Source: Octopus vulgaris | Taxonomy: Eukaryota | Reading direction: 5' to 3' | Assembly: GCA_951406725.2 (NCBI GenBank) | Contig: OX597830.1 | Coordinates: forward strand, 33,418,001 to 33,482,000 | Length of the DNA: 64,000 nucleotides | Part shown: positions 12,662 through 25,582 of the stretch, one piece after another | Numbering within the stretch: position 1 is the first letter of the stretch | Layout of the letters: each line of letters opens with the position of its first letter | The notes under the pieces: model-generated | What the model was told of the DNA's origin: nothing | Database searches by the model: none | Seen by the model: only the letters and a program-made list of their open reading frames with translations | Translations under genes and position numbers: made by a program

Positions 12662-14514
12662 TATGTATGTATGTATGTATGTATATGTATGTATGTATGC
12701 ATATATAGGTATGTATATGTGTACATCTATGTTTGTATGTATGCGTGTGTATGTTTGTATGTATGTATGAATGTATGTAAATATGAATATACGACAGAGA
12801 GTGATACTGTGTCATAAAAGTGTTCAAAGGTGTCCAAATGTGTGTGTGTGTGTGTGTGTGCATGTGTGTGTACACATGTATATATTATATGTAACAGAAC
12901 AAAACAACAGAAGAGATTTTGTTTCATCAGTGTGCATATGTGTGTAGGCATGTAACACACACACACACAAAGATATTTTGTGTGTGTGTGTGTATATATA
13001 TGTGTGTGTATGTGTATTTGTATTGCAGCACTGTACTGTTGTGGTGTAAAGGGGAGGTAATTTGTGAGGTTTGGCCAGGTCTGTAAGTCTGTGCTAGAAT
13101 TATGCATATTTTGGGAAATTTCATCTGTATCTGCATCATCTTTCTCTTCTAAAATTTCCTTATGTATGCTTCCTTTCTTTCTTTTTACTTTCTTTCTGTT
13201 TTCTATTAGTTTTTTTTTTTTTGCTTTTCAGTATTTCATTTTGCTATCATTTATTTATATATTTGTTGTCATATTCCTCTGTCTGATAGCTAATCTACAA
13301 TTTATGAGTTCTATTCAGAATCATTTGTTGCTGTATTTGTTGGAATTATTGTTATTGTTGACCCAAACATCTTACCATCACCAACCACCTTTATCGCCAG
13401 AACCACATCTATCACCACCACCACCAACACTGTCACTAACACCTCCATCACCACTACCTGTTTCAAGACCAACAATATAACACTACACTTCCTTCATCTG
13501 TTATCCTTGTCCAGTATAAATCTATACACCTTCATCAGACAAGTTATTGTTTGTTGTTGTTGTTGTTGTTGCTGGCTGGTGACCCACCCATCTTTCTGTC
13601 CCTCATCTCCACTCCAGTCTGCCACCATCTTCAGAACAACTTGTTGTTGCAATGCAAATATCTTGAACCTCCTTTACCACTGTCTTCCCCAATACCATCT
13701 TGGCATCTTCCACACACTTACAAGCACACACACACACACACACGTATTTATAATCATACATACACACATATATATAACACATGCACATATATATAACAAT
13801 CATATGACTTATAAAATCCTTGTTTTCCCACAAACACATAAACACTACTAAATACTTTACATCTACCATACACACACTCACACATGCACATATACACAGA
13901 CACACTTACATGAACATAGACACACAACATCACTACACTGTTCCCCCCCCTACCAATCATTATCAAATGACAAGTCACTAAGTCAGAATCTATGAATTAT
14001 TCTCATGAAACAGGGGGGTGTTGTTTTTTGTTTCTTTCTTTTCAATTTGTTTTTACATTTTTTTTTATTAATCATTTTCTTTAATTTTCTGCTTATTATA
14101 TTTCTTTATGGTTTTTGTTATTGGTACCATATTCCCCCAACGTCCAACGTCACATACACACACACATACCCTACACACGCACACCACCAGCATCATTATA
14201 TTTTTCTTTAAGTTTTTCTTGGTTTATTTTATTTATTATCCTTTTATACATCTATCTTCTTTTCCTTTTTACTTCAATTACAAATGAAATCCACTGACTT
14301 ACTGACACAAATCATTGCTATTGGAAACCCCAGCCCAAACTTAACCCTAAACCCATGCCAAAACCTTAACCTAAACACACATCAAACCAACTAATCAACC
14401 TATGTTCCATAACCTCAAAATCTCCCCCTCTTCTTCATTGCAGTCTTTCGTTCTAATTCTATAATCTCAAAAAGAAATCTCAGACTCATAGAAACCTACC
14501 AAAGCAGAACTTGA

Positions 14515-15167
14515 GCCAGCACTTGATTAAGCATTAAGCAAAATAAGAATATGCTTAGAGCATCAAGGGAAATGGGGGCATGACAGAAATGGTAAATGGT
14601 TTATAGCACAAAAGAAATCACTTTAAACTTGCTAAAATAATATACAAAGTGGTTTATATGACCAGAAATAGAATTTTGAAGTGTTCATGGTGACATAGTA
14701 TGGATCTGATTAAAGAGTTTGCAATTAAAAAAATGTAGGAGAAAAAATTTTTCAAACATAATTAAACCAAAAATGGTTTCAAATTTTGGCACAAAGCCAG
14801 CAAGCTCTGGAGAGGTAAGATAAGTCGTTTACCTTGACCCCAATGCTCCACTGGTACTTATTTTATCAACCTTGAAAGGATGAAAAGCAAAGTTGACCAC
14901 ACCAGGAATTTGAACTCAGAACATAAAAATGGATGAAATACCACTAAGCATTTTGCTTAGCATTCTAACGATACAGCCAGCTCAACAAATTGGAAGTATA
15001 GTAGTATATACATTATTTCCATCTTACTGTTAATCTTGCTTCATTGAGAAGAAGAAATAAAAAATTTTTTGTATGTTTATTATTGATTATATTTTGAATT
15101 ACATATATATGAGGTCCCAAAATGTGTTAAGTGCTTAGGGCCTCTATGGGTCTTAATTTGGCCCCAA
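14515..15167. mobile_element. Non-autonomous DNA element (hAT-like end) interrupted by SINE A at about 14775-14985
   Basis: Shares GCACAAAAGAAATCACTTTAAACTTGCTAAAATAA and TTCCATCTTACTGTTAA with 22074-22650; ends GTGCTTAGGGCCTC...CTTAATTTGGCCCC, similar to hAT MITE termini. Confidence 0.5.
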
Positions 15168-15756
15168 CTTGAGCCAATGAATACTAAATGTTACATTGCA
15201 ATTGTACTTTATGTTATCTCTTCAGTACTGCCACAATTTGCCCTCATCGCTACTAATACAATCACCACCAATACCATTACCATCATTACCAACATCACAA
15301 ACTTTCACTTTCAACAACATTCCCATCGTGATGGTGAATGCCATCACTATAAACAATAACAAAAACAACACTAGCCTCGTGATCAGAAATAGCACCATCA
15401 CCACCAACAACAACAACAGCATCACAACTACTACTACTGTCACCACCAACACCATCATCATCATCACCATCATCATCATCACCGTCATCCTCATCACCAT
15501 TATTGTGGTGCATTTTACTCCACCACCCACACCACCGTAGGCTCCTGCCACCACTACTCCTAATTACCCTCCCTCTCTTACCATTTCTTATAATGAAAGA
15601 ATCTATGACAGTTTTATTTATTTCTTTTGTCTAATCTTCCACTCCATTTTACTTCTAATTCTTACTGTCATTATATCATCCGTAATTATATCTAATTATA
15701 TATCTAATTATTTATATATATATACACACACACATATACATTACATACATACTATA

Positions 15757-15849
<93 letters not shown>

Positions 15850-15953
15850 TATGTATATAGATGATGATGATGATAAAACATACGTCTGAAGGATATATAT
15901 CTATGTATATATATATATGTGTGTGTATGTATGTATGTACGTATGTATGTATG

Positions 15954-15986
<33 letters not shown>

Positions 15987-16189
15987 GTGTATGTATATAT
16001 TTATATCTGTTAATGTTTTACTTGTTTCAGTCATTTGACTGTGGCCATGCTGGAGCACTGCCTGCCTTTTAGTCGAAGAAATCGACCACCTTGACTTATT
16101 CTTTGTAAGCCTGGTGCTTATTCTATCGGTTTTTTTTTCTGCTGAACTGCTAAGTTACACAAACATAAACACACCAACATTGGTTGTCA

Positions 16190-16198
16190 ATAACAATG

Positions 16199-16234
<36 letters not shown>

Positions 16235-16266
16235 TCACTGCTTGGAATCAAACTCGGGGTCTTGGT

Positions 16267-16320
<54 letters not shown>

Positions 16321-16532
16321 TATAATAATAATAATAACAAAAATAATAACAACATCAAAAGATACCTTAGGAATGAGAACCCAGGTTTGAAATTTCCCCA
16401 AGCAACCTGATGAAGGCTGGAGGGTATATCAGCTGAAACGTGTTAGCAACAAACAAGATGAGGACAAATATCCGTCAAATGTAAATAATGTAAAAAATGT
16501 AAATAATTCCTCATCTCTTAAATATAGGACTG
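16190..16532 (+). mobile_element. tRNA-head/(AAT)n/hammerhead element, copy 1 (5' part inverted)
   Basis: Tail matches the 25022-25740 (-) and 32757-33245 (+) copies; the B-box segment at about 16230-16270 is inverted relative to the tail. Confidence 0.8.
16401..16447 (+). ncRNA. Degenerate minimal type I hammerhead ribozyme
   Basis: CTGATGA (16407-16413), stem II GGCTG...CAGCT, GAAACG (16435-16440); 3-nt deletion at the cleavage site relative to the other copies. Confidence 0.65.
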
Positions 16533-17208
16533 TAACACCAGCTTTGTTCACCATTGATGACCTTTGAAAAATGGTCTGAATCAACATTGAAATCGTCTTC
16601 CTGTTCCCATGCGTTCATTTGTGACTGCTTTTGCCCTTACATGAGCAAGCGAGGCACAAATTTTGCTGAAACTTTTTTCATGCACAATTCCTCATTCAAA
16701 ATTCGTTGGCAGAAGTCCCAAGGTACACCAGTCATATCAAGTTCATCAATTATTTGGTGACGGCCTTCCAAGATCAGTTCATGAATTTTCTTTATGTTTT
16801 CACTCATTCAGGTCAATGGTCACCCTGAACAAAGTTGATCTTCAAGTGACAAGTGACCAATCTTAAAGTGTGAAAACCAGTTGTAAACTTGTGCTTTGTG
16901 CATGGCAGCGTCATTGTAAGCTGTTTGAAGCATGACAACTGTTCTGACTACTCTTTTTCCCCAGCATAAAACAGAATTTCATGGTAGCACACTGTTCCTT
17001 TGTTTCAGCCATTGCAGAAATCAACGCAAAGGGGACAAGCACTGCAAAACAAAGATACACTACATGATAGTATGATTTCACTCAATGCTACCAGTCAGCA
17101 GACTGATGCCCGAGAGGGCCACATCAAGTAGATTCTAGCAGCAGAAGACTGAACTATAATGGGCTTGTTCCATAGAGAACGTTTCTGGTTATGTTTGGGT
17201 ACCTGTCA
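16531..17208 (-). pseudogene. Mariner transposon relic (5' end plus N-terminal transposase)
   Basis: Minus-strand translation with stops and frameshifts: EQCATMKFCFMLGKK...VYNWFSHFK...LEDQLCSG*P...KKVSAKFVPRLL...FSKVINGEQSWCY, matching the mariner HTH, (W/F)VPRLL linker and ITGDETW motifs. Truncated at the HHR element. Confidence 0.9.
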
Positions 17209-17257
17209 TATACTGTATTTCCTGTCAATAATTATATACAATGCTTAGCAGTATTTC

Positions 17258-17407
17258 ATGGCGTTAGGAAGGGCATCCAGCCATAGAAACACTGCCAGAT
17301 CTGACGAGGCCTGATGAAGCCTTCCGGCTTCACAGACCCCAGCTGAACCGTCCAACCCATGCTAGCATGGAAAACTGACGCTAAACGATGATGATGATGA
17401 TGATGAT
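17258..17407 (+). mobile_element. Family C retroposon, 3' fragment
   Basis: TGGCGTTAGGAAGGGCATCCAGCC...TCCAACCCATGCTAGCATGGAAAA...(GAT)n. Confidence 0.75.
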
Positions 17408-17409
17408 GT

Positions 17410-17577
17410 TACATTCTGATTTCAAATTCCGCTGAGGTCAACTTTGCCTTTCATCCTTTCGGGGTCAATTAAATAAGTACCAGTTATGCACTGGAGTCGA
17501 TGTAATCGACTTAATCCCTTTGTCTGTCCTTGTTTGTCCTCTCTATGTTTAGCCCCTTGTGGGCAATAAAGACATAA
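17410..17577 (+). mobile_element. SINE family A, 5'-truncated
   Basis: TTCAAATTCCGCTGAGGTCAACTTTGCCTTTCATCCTTTCGGGGTC... through to the AATAAAGA tail. Confidence 0.8.
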
Positions 17578-17780
17578 ATTATATAAAATAGGGCTCAGTG
17601 TATTGGTTTTCTCAGGTGCTACTAGGGTGAATCTGGGTCAGATGGCTGAGGGAATGTGTGTCCAGGGCTGTTCAGGACTACAGAGGCAGCTAAAGAAATT
17701 AATGAAAATAGGGTCATAATTGCTAATGAAGACAGTTATAGTAATCTAATTTATGCTACTAATCTAATATATTCGCTTAC

Positions 17781-17838
17781 AGTACAAGCAATTCTGCAAA
17801 AAATGATAAATGCCACAACTTCCCATTCCAACTCGCTT
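17781..17838 (-). CDS. Candidate 58-nt internal exon, product unknown
   Basis: Pyrimidine-rich acceptor TTTGTCCTTTCCTGTGCGTTTTATTTTAG| and donor ACT|GTAAGC in non-repetitive sequence. All three frames are open and none is recognised. Confidence 0.3.
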
Positions 17839-17990
17839 CTAAAATAAAACGCACAGGAAAGGACAAATACGAAGTAGCATAATGACAGTTTGATTTCAAT
17901 CACTTTCTGTCTTTTTATTGATCTGTTTTCTCTAGTCATAGTAATCAATACCATCCTTGTTATCATCATCATCATCATCATCATCAATAC

Positions 17991-18021
<31 letters not shown>

Positions 18022-19207
18022 GTCGTCGTCGTCGTCGTCGTCGTCGTCATCATCATCATCATAATCAATACCATCATCATCATCGTCGATGCTGCTGTCA
18101 TCATCATCCTCGTTGTCGTCGTCATCATCATCACCAATTTGTTATTCAATGTGGGATTTTTCGATGTTGTCATAGCTTGATTTTCTAGAAACAGTACTCA
18201 ATTATCTTTCAAATCATACTTTTCTCTTTTGTTAAAGGAAGAATACACTGAGGATTGTAGTCCCAGATATACTACGTCTGAATAAAAGACAGAGTGGTCA
18301 TGAGTGGAATGTCTTTGATCATTGATAGCTCTACTCCAACAGACAGATAAACAATATCAGAAACCTCCTCCTCCTCCTCCTCATCATCATCATCATCATC
18401 AGTAGCAACAACAACAACAACGCTACCAGCAGTATAATCGCCTTTGTTGTCATTATCAACACCACCATTATCGTTATAACATCTTCATCACCACCTCATC
18501 ACCCTCAACCTTATCATTATCACCATCATCATCATCATTATCATCTTCATCGTTGTCGTCGTTGTCATTGTCGTCGTCATCAAATCATTATTGTCATCAT
18601 CAAACCTTCGCCATCACACCATTATTATCACTACATCATCATCATCATCAGTGTAATCAAGATCATCATCACTATTGTTTTAATGGGCAACTTTTCTCCC
18701 CCTCGTTCTCTCTCTCCCTCTCTCTCTCTCTCTCCTATACCAGCAGTATGGAAGATCTAATAATGTTTCTTTTTCTTTTCTTTATTTTTTTTTTTTTTGC
18801 TTTTATTTTTTTCCATGCTAAGTTTCAAGAATTTACAGTAAATATCAGATTCCTGTTTTTCGGTTTTAATGGCAAGTCTCACCGTTGTAAACAGTTTCAT
18901 CAGATTTGAACCTGATATCAGGAAAAATTATTTTGCTAGTGACTGCTAAACGACATAAATAGTTAATGCTTCCTGTTAATTAGCAAATCTAGCTAACACA
19001 TTGGAGTGTGAAGCATCAAGCTCCTAGTGGAACGAGATTGGGGGATGGCTGTAGGTTGGTCGGGCTTGTTGACTTGGCAGAGTTTACGAGTATAATCAGT
19101 TGAGACAAAAAGAGTTTATTCATGTTCTGCCTAATAGCAGAGAATCATGTATGTGTATACGTTTGTGTCTATGTGTGTATGTATGTCTGTATGTCTGTAT
19201 GTCTGTA

Positions 19208-19249
<42 letters not shown>

Positions 19250-19337
19250 ACTGTACTTGGAATTATATATGCATGGACGTGTGTGGTGTATGTGTGAGTG
19301 TGCATACATATATATATGTATATATATATATGCATAC

Positions 19338-19388
<51 letters not shown>

Positions 19389-19659
19389 CATATATACATA
19401 TATACATATATATACATATACACATATATATATTTATATATGTATGTGTATATATATATATACATACATATACAGATATCAATAGATAGATAGATGGATA
19501 TATATTTATATATGTATGTGTATATATATATATATATACATACATATACAGATATCAATAGATAGATAGATAGATAGATAGATATATCTGTGGGTGTATG
19601 GGTGTGTGTGTATAGCAACAACAATGATCATAATGGTAATAGCATTGATTATGGAATGG

Positions 19660-19691
<32 letters not shown>

Positions 19692-20171
19692 GCGATGGAG
19701 GGAATGATAATGAGGAGGATGTTCATTGTGGTGAAGATGATGATAATGTTGATGATGATGATGATGATGATGTCACTGAGAGAAGATGGTATTTTCAATA
19801 TTATTATTATTATTATTATTATTATCAATATCATTATTATTATTATTGCATTTGTTGTTGTTGTTGTTGTTGTTGATGATGTTGCTGCTATTGCTACTGT
19901 TGCTGTGAATCTAATGAATTAATTAAGCTGCCTAATAACTCTGATATCATTTTGTCACGTTTGTAAATGTTATTTGCATGAAGTGAGGATGGCAAGAGAG
20001 GGATGGGGGAAGGACAAGAGTAGAGAGGGGAGAGGAGAAAGTGGAACTTTATTTTACTATGCCTCGTTTTTGGTTTATACATACATATATATATTATGTT
20101 TTCATTTTATTGTATCACACACACACCCACACATATATATATACACACACTCACAGACATATAGATAGACA

Positions 20172-20219
<48 letters not shown>

Positions 20220-20594
20220 TATACACATATACATATGTATGCATATATACATATATGTACATACATAAATATATATATATGTACACATATAAATATATAT
20301 TTTATATATATATATATATATACATATACATCTATATATATATATATATACACACACACATATATATATATATATACATACATACATATACACACACACA
20401 TGTATATATATGTATAGATAGATATGTACATATATATATGTATATATATATGTATATATATATATATATTCATACATATATATACACATATATTTACATA
20501 TATATGTGTATATACATATATATATACATATATATACATATATATATGTATATCTATATATACATATATATACATGTGTGTGTGTATATGTATG

Positions 20595-20635
<41 letters not shown>

Positions 20636-20977
20636 ATGTATGTATGTATGTATGTATGTATGTATGCATGTCCTTTTTCCCCTCTGTTTCTAGTTTCAGG
20701 GTTTGCATGAATTTATTTATTTTATATAATCATTTATTTGTCATTTGGCCCCATTATTTATTCCTTCATCTTCTGAAGAGGCAATTCTTTCATTGAACCC
20801 TAACAATCATTACAATTGTATTCATAATCATAATTATAATTATCTTCAGTGTTGGTGCGGGTGGTGTCATCACCATCGTCATCATCATCATCGTCTTCAT
20901 CGTCATCGTCATCATCATCAAGATCGTCGTTGTCATCACCAACATTGCTTTCATCATTACAATGGTGATGATGATGG

Positions 20978-21013
<36 letters not shown>

Positions 21014-21832
21014 CGATGATGCTGATGATGATGATAATGATGATGATGATGATAGATGATGATGACGATGATGAGCAATGCTGCTGCCACCGTCAGCACA
21101 CATTAGTTCAAGACTTGTAGCCATTGTTGATATTACTACGGGTGCCATTCTTATTGCCTTTCCAGTCCTAATGGTTGTGGTCACCATCGTTATCATCTCT
21201 CTCTCCCTCTATCTCTATGTCCCTCTCTCTCTCTGTCTCTGTCTCTCTCTTTGTTTGTCTCTCTCTCTCTCTTTGTCTGCCTCTCTCTTTGTCTGTCTCT
21301 CTTTCTGTCTACACTTTGTGTAAGCTAATAAATTTACAAGCATATATTTTGTAAAAATCATGTACTCATCAATTTAACTTCCATCTATATATATATGTGT
21401 GTGTGTGCGTGTACGTGCGCATACATGCATGTGTATTCCTGTATGAGTGTGCCCATGCACATGTGTATCTGTATGTGTGTATGTGTATGTATGTGTGTGT
21501 GTGTGCATGCACACCTATGTGTGTCTACACTGTGTTTACTCATGAATAAATTGCACATTTTTGCAGAACTGCATTTAAAATGATTTAAGGTTGTGCTGAC
21601 TTATGCACAAGATTAAGAAATCTGGTGCTAGAAATGTTTTTGTTATCGCAAGCATATGTAATATGAATGACAAAATATGTGAGAGCACATTGCATATGAA
21701 TATATGTCCAGACTTTTTTCTTTCAATTGTATGAAAATTAAACCAGGAGAAATTATCATGGTCTGGCCATTCAATCTTGCTGACTTTGACTATTATGATG
21801 TTAGAGAAGGATCAAGCACTAGATTGACCATT

Positions 21833-22060
21833 TTTTTGTTTCTTTACTACCCACAAGGGGCAAAACACAGAGGGGACAAACAAACGGATTAAGTCGATTA
21901 TATCAACCCCAGTGCGTAACTGGTACTTAATTTATCGACCCCGAAAGGATGAAAGGCAAAGTCGACCTCGGCGGAATTTGAACTCAGAAAGTAACGGCAG
22001 ACGAAATACGGCTACGCATTTCGCCCGGCGTGCTAACGTTTCTGCCAGCTCGCCGCCCTA
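21833..22060 (-). mobile_element. Young SINE family A with 13-bp TSD
   Basis: TSD TAGATTGACCATT at 21820-21832 and 22061-22073; CpGs intact. Confidence 0.92.
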
Positions 22061-22150
22061 TAGATTGACCATTATGCAAAATAAACACGTTCTGAGGACA
22101 TCAAGGGAAGGAGGGGACACCCCAGAAATAGTAAATGGTTTTCGGCACAA

Positions 22151-22382
22151 AGGCGGCGAGCTGGCAGAAACGTTAGCACGCCGGGCGAAATGCTTAGCGG
22201 TATTTCGTCTGCCGTTACGTTGTGAGTTCAAATTCCGCCGAGGTCGACTTTGCCTTTCATCCTTTCGGGGTTGATAAATTAAGTACCAGTTACGCACTGG
22301 GGTCGATATAATCGACTTAATACCTATGTCTGTCCTTGTTTGTCCCCTCTATGTTTAGCCCCTTGTGGGTAATAAAGAAATA
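22151..22382 (+). mobile_element. Young SINE family A (inverted partner of 21833-22060)
   Basis: GGCGGCGAGCTGGCAGAAACGTTAGCACGCCGGGCG...GAGTTCAAATTCC...AATAAAGAAATA; imperfect TSD GGTTT(T/A)C(G/A)GCACAAA. Confidence 0.92.
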
Positions 22383-22650
22383 GGTTTACAGCACAAAAGA
22401 AATCACTTTAAACTTGCTAAAATAACATTCAAGATGCTTTATCTCTACTAAGTATAGAAATGGACGTGTTGTGTAAGATTAATTTTCAGGATCTGATCAA
22501 AGGTTTTGAAATTATAAAATGTTGGAGGAAACATTTCAAATATAAATAAAGAGAAGTTATATGAAAATAAACATTATTTTCCATCTTACTGTTAAGTTTA
22601 TTTCAGTTTTGAAAAATAATTTATTTTATGCTTTATTACCGTTCATATTT

Positions 22651-22940
22651 TGTGGAGGCACATGGCCTAGTGGTTAGAGCAGCAGACTCACGGTTGAGGG
22701 ATTGTGGGTTCAAATCTCAGACAGGGTGATGTGGGTGTGTTTATGAGCGAAACGCCTAAGGCTCCATGCGGCTCCAGCAGAAGGTAATGGTGAACTTCTG
22801 CTGACTCATTCACCACAACTTTCTCTCACTCTTTCCTCCTACATCTAGCAGCTCACCTGCGACCAACCAGTGTCCCATCCAGGTGTGAAACCTATATGTC
22901 AAGGAAACCGGGTAACCAGCCCTTATGAGCTAGGCTTAAA
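22651..22940 (+). mobile_element. SINE related to family D
   Basis: TGTGGAGGCACATGGCCTAGTGGTTAGAGCAGCAGACTC head; CCACAACTTTCTCTCACTCT body shared with family D. Confidence 0.7.
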
Positions 22941-23092
22941 AAAACACCTTGAAGGATAAAAAATATCCAATGAATTATTGGTTTGTTACCTATTATTTTG
23001 TTGATTTCTAAAATGATAAGTTTAAATATAAATCTTGGTTTATAAATAATCAAATTAAAATATAGAAAATGGAGAAGTAGTGTTGTGGCTAT

Positions 23093-23507
23093 AGGCGCAG
23101 GAGTGGCTGTGTGGTAAGTAGCTTGCTAACCAACCACATGGTACCGGGTTCAGTCCCACTGCATGGCATCTTGGGCAAGTGTCTTCTGCTATAGCCCCGG
23201 GCCGACCAATGCCTTGTGAGTGGATTTGGTACACGGAAACTGAAAGAAGCCTGTTGTATATATGTATGTATATATGTATGTGTGTGTGTGTTTGTGTGTC
23301 TGTGTTTGTCCCCCTAGCATTGCTTGACACCGATGCTGGTGTGTTTACGACCCCGTCACTTAACGGTTCGGCAAAAGAGACCGATAGAATAAGTACTGGG
23401 CTTACAAAGAATAAGTCTCAGGGTCGATTTGCTCGACTAAAGGCGGTGCTCCAGCATGGCCACAGTCAAATGACTGAAACAAGTAAAAGAGTAAAAGAGT
23501 AAAGAGT
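23093..23507 (+). mobile_element. Full-length SINE family B
   Basis: tRNA-like head GGCGCAGGAGTGGCTGTGTGGTAAG...GGGTTCAGTCCC, internal (TA)/(TG) tract, (GAGTAAAA)n tail. Confidence 0.9.
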
Positions 23508-23512
23508 ATGTT

Positions 23513-23595
23513 CACTTACAGCTGTTTCGATTTTGCCCAAAAAGAAATTCCAGTAATTAAAACATTTTATTGGGCAAAATCGCACCAGAAGAGTG
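23513..23595 (-). ncRNA. Degenerate hammerhead-like motif with a 12-bp stem II
   Basis: Minus strand: CACTCTT CTGGTGC GATTTTGCCCAA...TTGGGCAAAATC GAAAC AGCT GTA AGTG. Perfect 12-bp stem II and palindromic ACAGCTGT, but two core mismatches. Confidence 0.5.
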
Positions 23596-25097
23596 CAAAA
23601 AACATATCGTTAGGTTATTACACATCATTCTTCAAAAGCCTCTCAACATTTCTGGATTTTAATTTGTATATATATAGATTTAAGTAATAATATACAGATT
23701 CAAGTAATCCAGTAGTACTCATATAAACAGCCCCTTAACGTATCATTCTACAAAATATATAGAATACATAGTACGATATATAATAATATAGATTATTTAC
23801 ATGTTTTTAAGTTATGAAACAATTTGTAATGATGTTTGAATTTTCTTATTGTTAAATAACATTTCATCAAAATACTTCTGTCATCTATGACTTTATATAT
23901 ATGTATATATATTTTTTAATTTTTTATATACCCAGACATATTCCCTATGTTTTTTTTTTTGGGGGGGGTAACCACAAGAAGACACACACCAGGCATTCCA
24001 TTTATTTTCCAGCTCAAGGAGGCAAGCCCAGTTCTATACTCGGATCAGGGCATAGAAAGCGACCCCCAATATCAGCAGCGGGGCCTGACAGCATATGCTG
24101 GTTTAACCATGCCACATCATGCTAGTTCTGTACCACTTTGAGCAACATGAAATTCACTCATCCATCCACAAACACTCTCCAAGCTTTCTTATCATTTATA
24201 AACTCTCTCTTGCCTCTGTCTCACTCCAATACCTCTAACTATATAACATATGCACAAAGCATTTTGTTTGACACTATAATGACTCTGCTGACCTACACAC
24301 ACACACAACACACACACACACACACATACACACATAGATTTATTTCTATGCAAAGATCAGTGTATATTCATATGTGTCTTAAAGAGAAATATGATAATCC
24401 GATAATTTTAAGCAATAATACTTTGAGTAATAATTGTTCTGTTCCATTGTACAGACACTCCCTTGTCATTCTTGCCATTGCATATGCACACAATCAGTGA
24501 TTGGTCTGTTGGCAATCCACAACTAACAATTCAGTTCTTAACAGAATTCAAAATACAGAGAATAAAGTGTATTTAATGCTTATTTGACTCAATAATGTCA
24601 ATTTACATTGCTCTTTTGGTAAGTGCTAAAAACACTATTCTTTTTGACAGTCTAATAAGACCAAAATGTGTCCGGAATTTTCTTCCATACTTGCCATAAT
24701 ATTAGTCATTAAGTTAATTTTGTCTTTTCTTTACTACATTATTCTTTATGGCTTGATTTTTTTTTATGCTCAATTCTGTGAATGTCTTACCACTATATTG
24801 TTTTTCATGGAACTACTGTGATTTTGTTTTTTTTATATAATGTCCAATAACATTTAGTTGTTGTGTGATTACAAACACCCCCTTTTCAGCAGTTGATGTA
24901 TAATTTGATTGCTTGTGAAGAAGAGTTAGTTTACCAGAAGTCAAAATTTGATGAGGGGTAAGTTGGAATTCTGGTACCTCATTAAGAATAACTAGTTTAT
25001 GAACTGGTTTTAGCATATATACTTCTATATTTAAGAGATGAGGAATTATATACATTATTTACATTTGATGGATATTTGTCTTCATCTTGGTGGTTGT

Positions 25098-25143
25098 TAA
25101 CACAACATTTCAGCTGATAACCCTCTAGCCTTCATCAGGTGTC
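25098..25143 (-). ncRNA. Minimal type I hammerhead ribozyme (near-intact core)
   Basis: GACAC CTGATGA AGGCTAG...CAGCT GAAAT GTT GTGTT; stem I GACAC/GTGTT; CpG-type C>T changes in stems II and III. Confidence 0.7.
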
Positions 25144-25351
25144 TTGGGGGAAATTTCAAACCTGGGTTCTCATTCCTAAGGTATTTTTCAATGTTATTAT
25201 TATCATTATTCAGGTCACTGCCTGGAATCAAACTCAGAATTTTGGGGTTAGTAGCCCGCACTCTTAACCTCTACACCATATGCCCATGGGCAATTATGGA
25301 GTGAATTTTAGGGCTTATAAATCTAATATTTTCCTATCCTTTCTTAATACC

Positions 25352-25582
25352 TATTTCTTTATTACCCACAAGGGGCTAAACACAGAGGGAACAAACAAGG
25401 ACAGACATAGGTATTAAGTTGATTACATCGACCCCAGTTCGTAACTGGTACTTAACTTATCGACCCTGAAAGGATGAAAGGCAAAGTCGACCTCGGCGGA
25501 ATTTGAACTCACAACGTAACGCAGACGAAATAACGCTAAGCATTTCGCCCGGCGTGCTAATGTTTCTGCCAGCTCGCCGCCT
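25352..25582 (-). mobile_element. SINE family A with 17-bp TSD
   Basis: TSD TATCCTTTCTTAATACC at 25335-25351 and 25583-25599. Confidence 0.92.

Noticed and set aside
13030-13148. Minus-strand frame EEKDDADTDEISQNMHNSS... as an exon
   Set aside because: Purine-rich acceptor context, no convincing donor, and the frame runs into a microsatellite.
13505-13545. Minus-strand CTGATGA with CTTGT/ACAAG pairing
   Set aside because: It lacks GAAA and stem III.
17311-17335. CTGATGA plus hairpin as a hammerhead
   Set aside because: No GAAA follows; it is a mutated family C segment (CTGGTGCAGCC).
21912-22297. Mirror ORFs MRNWYLIY... on both strands
   Set aside because: They arise from the inverted SINE A pair and are not genes.
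25210-25290. Functional tRNA gene
   Set aside because: The acceptor stem pairs poorly and the segment is embedded in a repeat family; SINE heads elsewhere are likewise only tRNA-derived.
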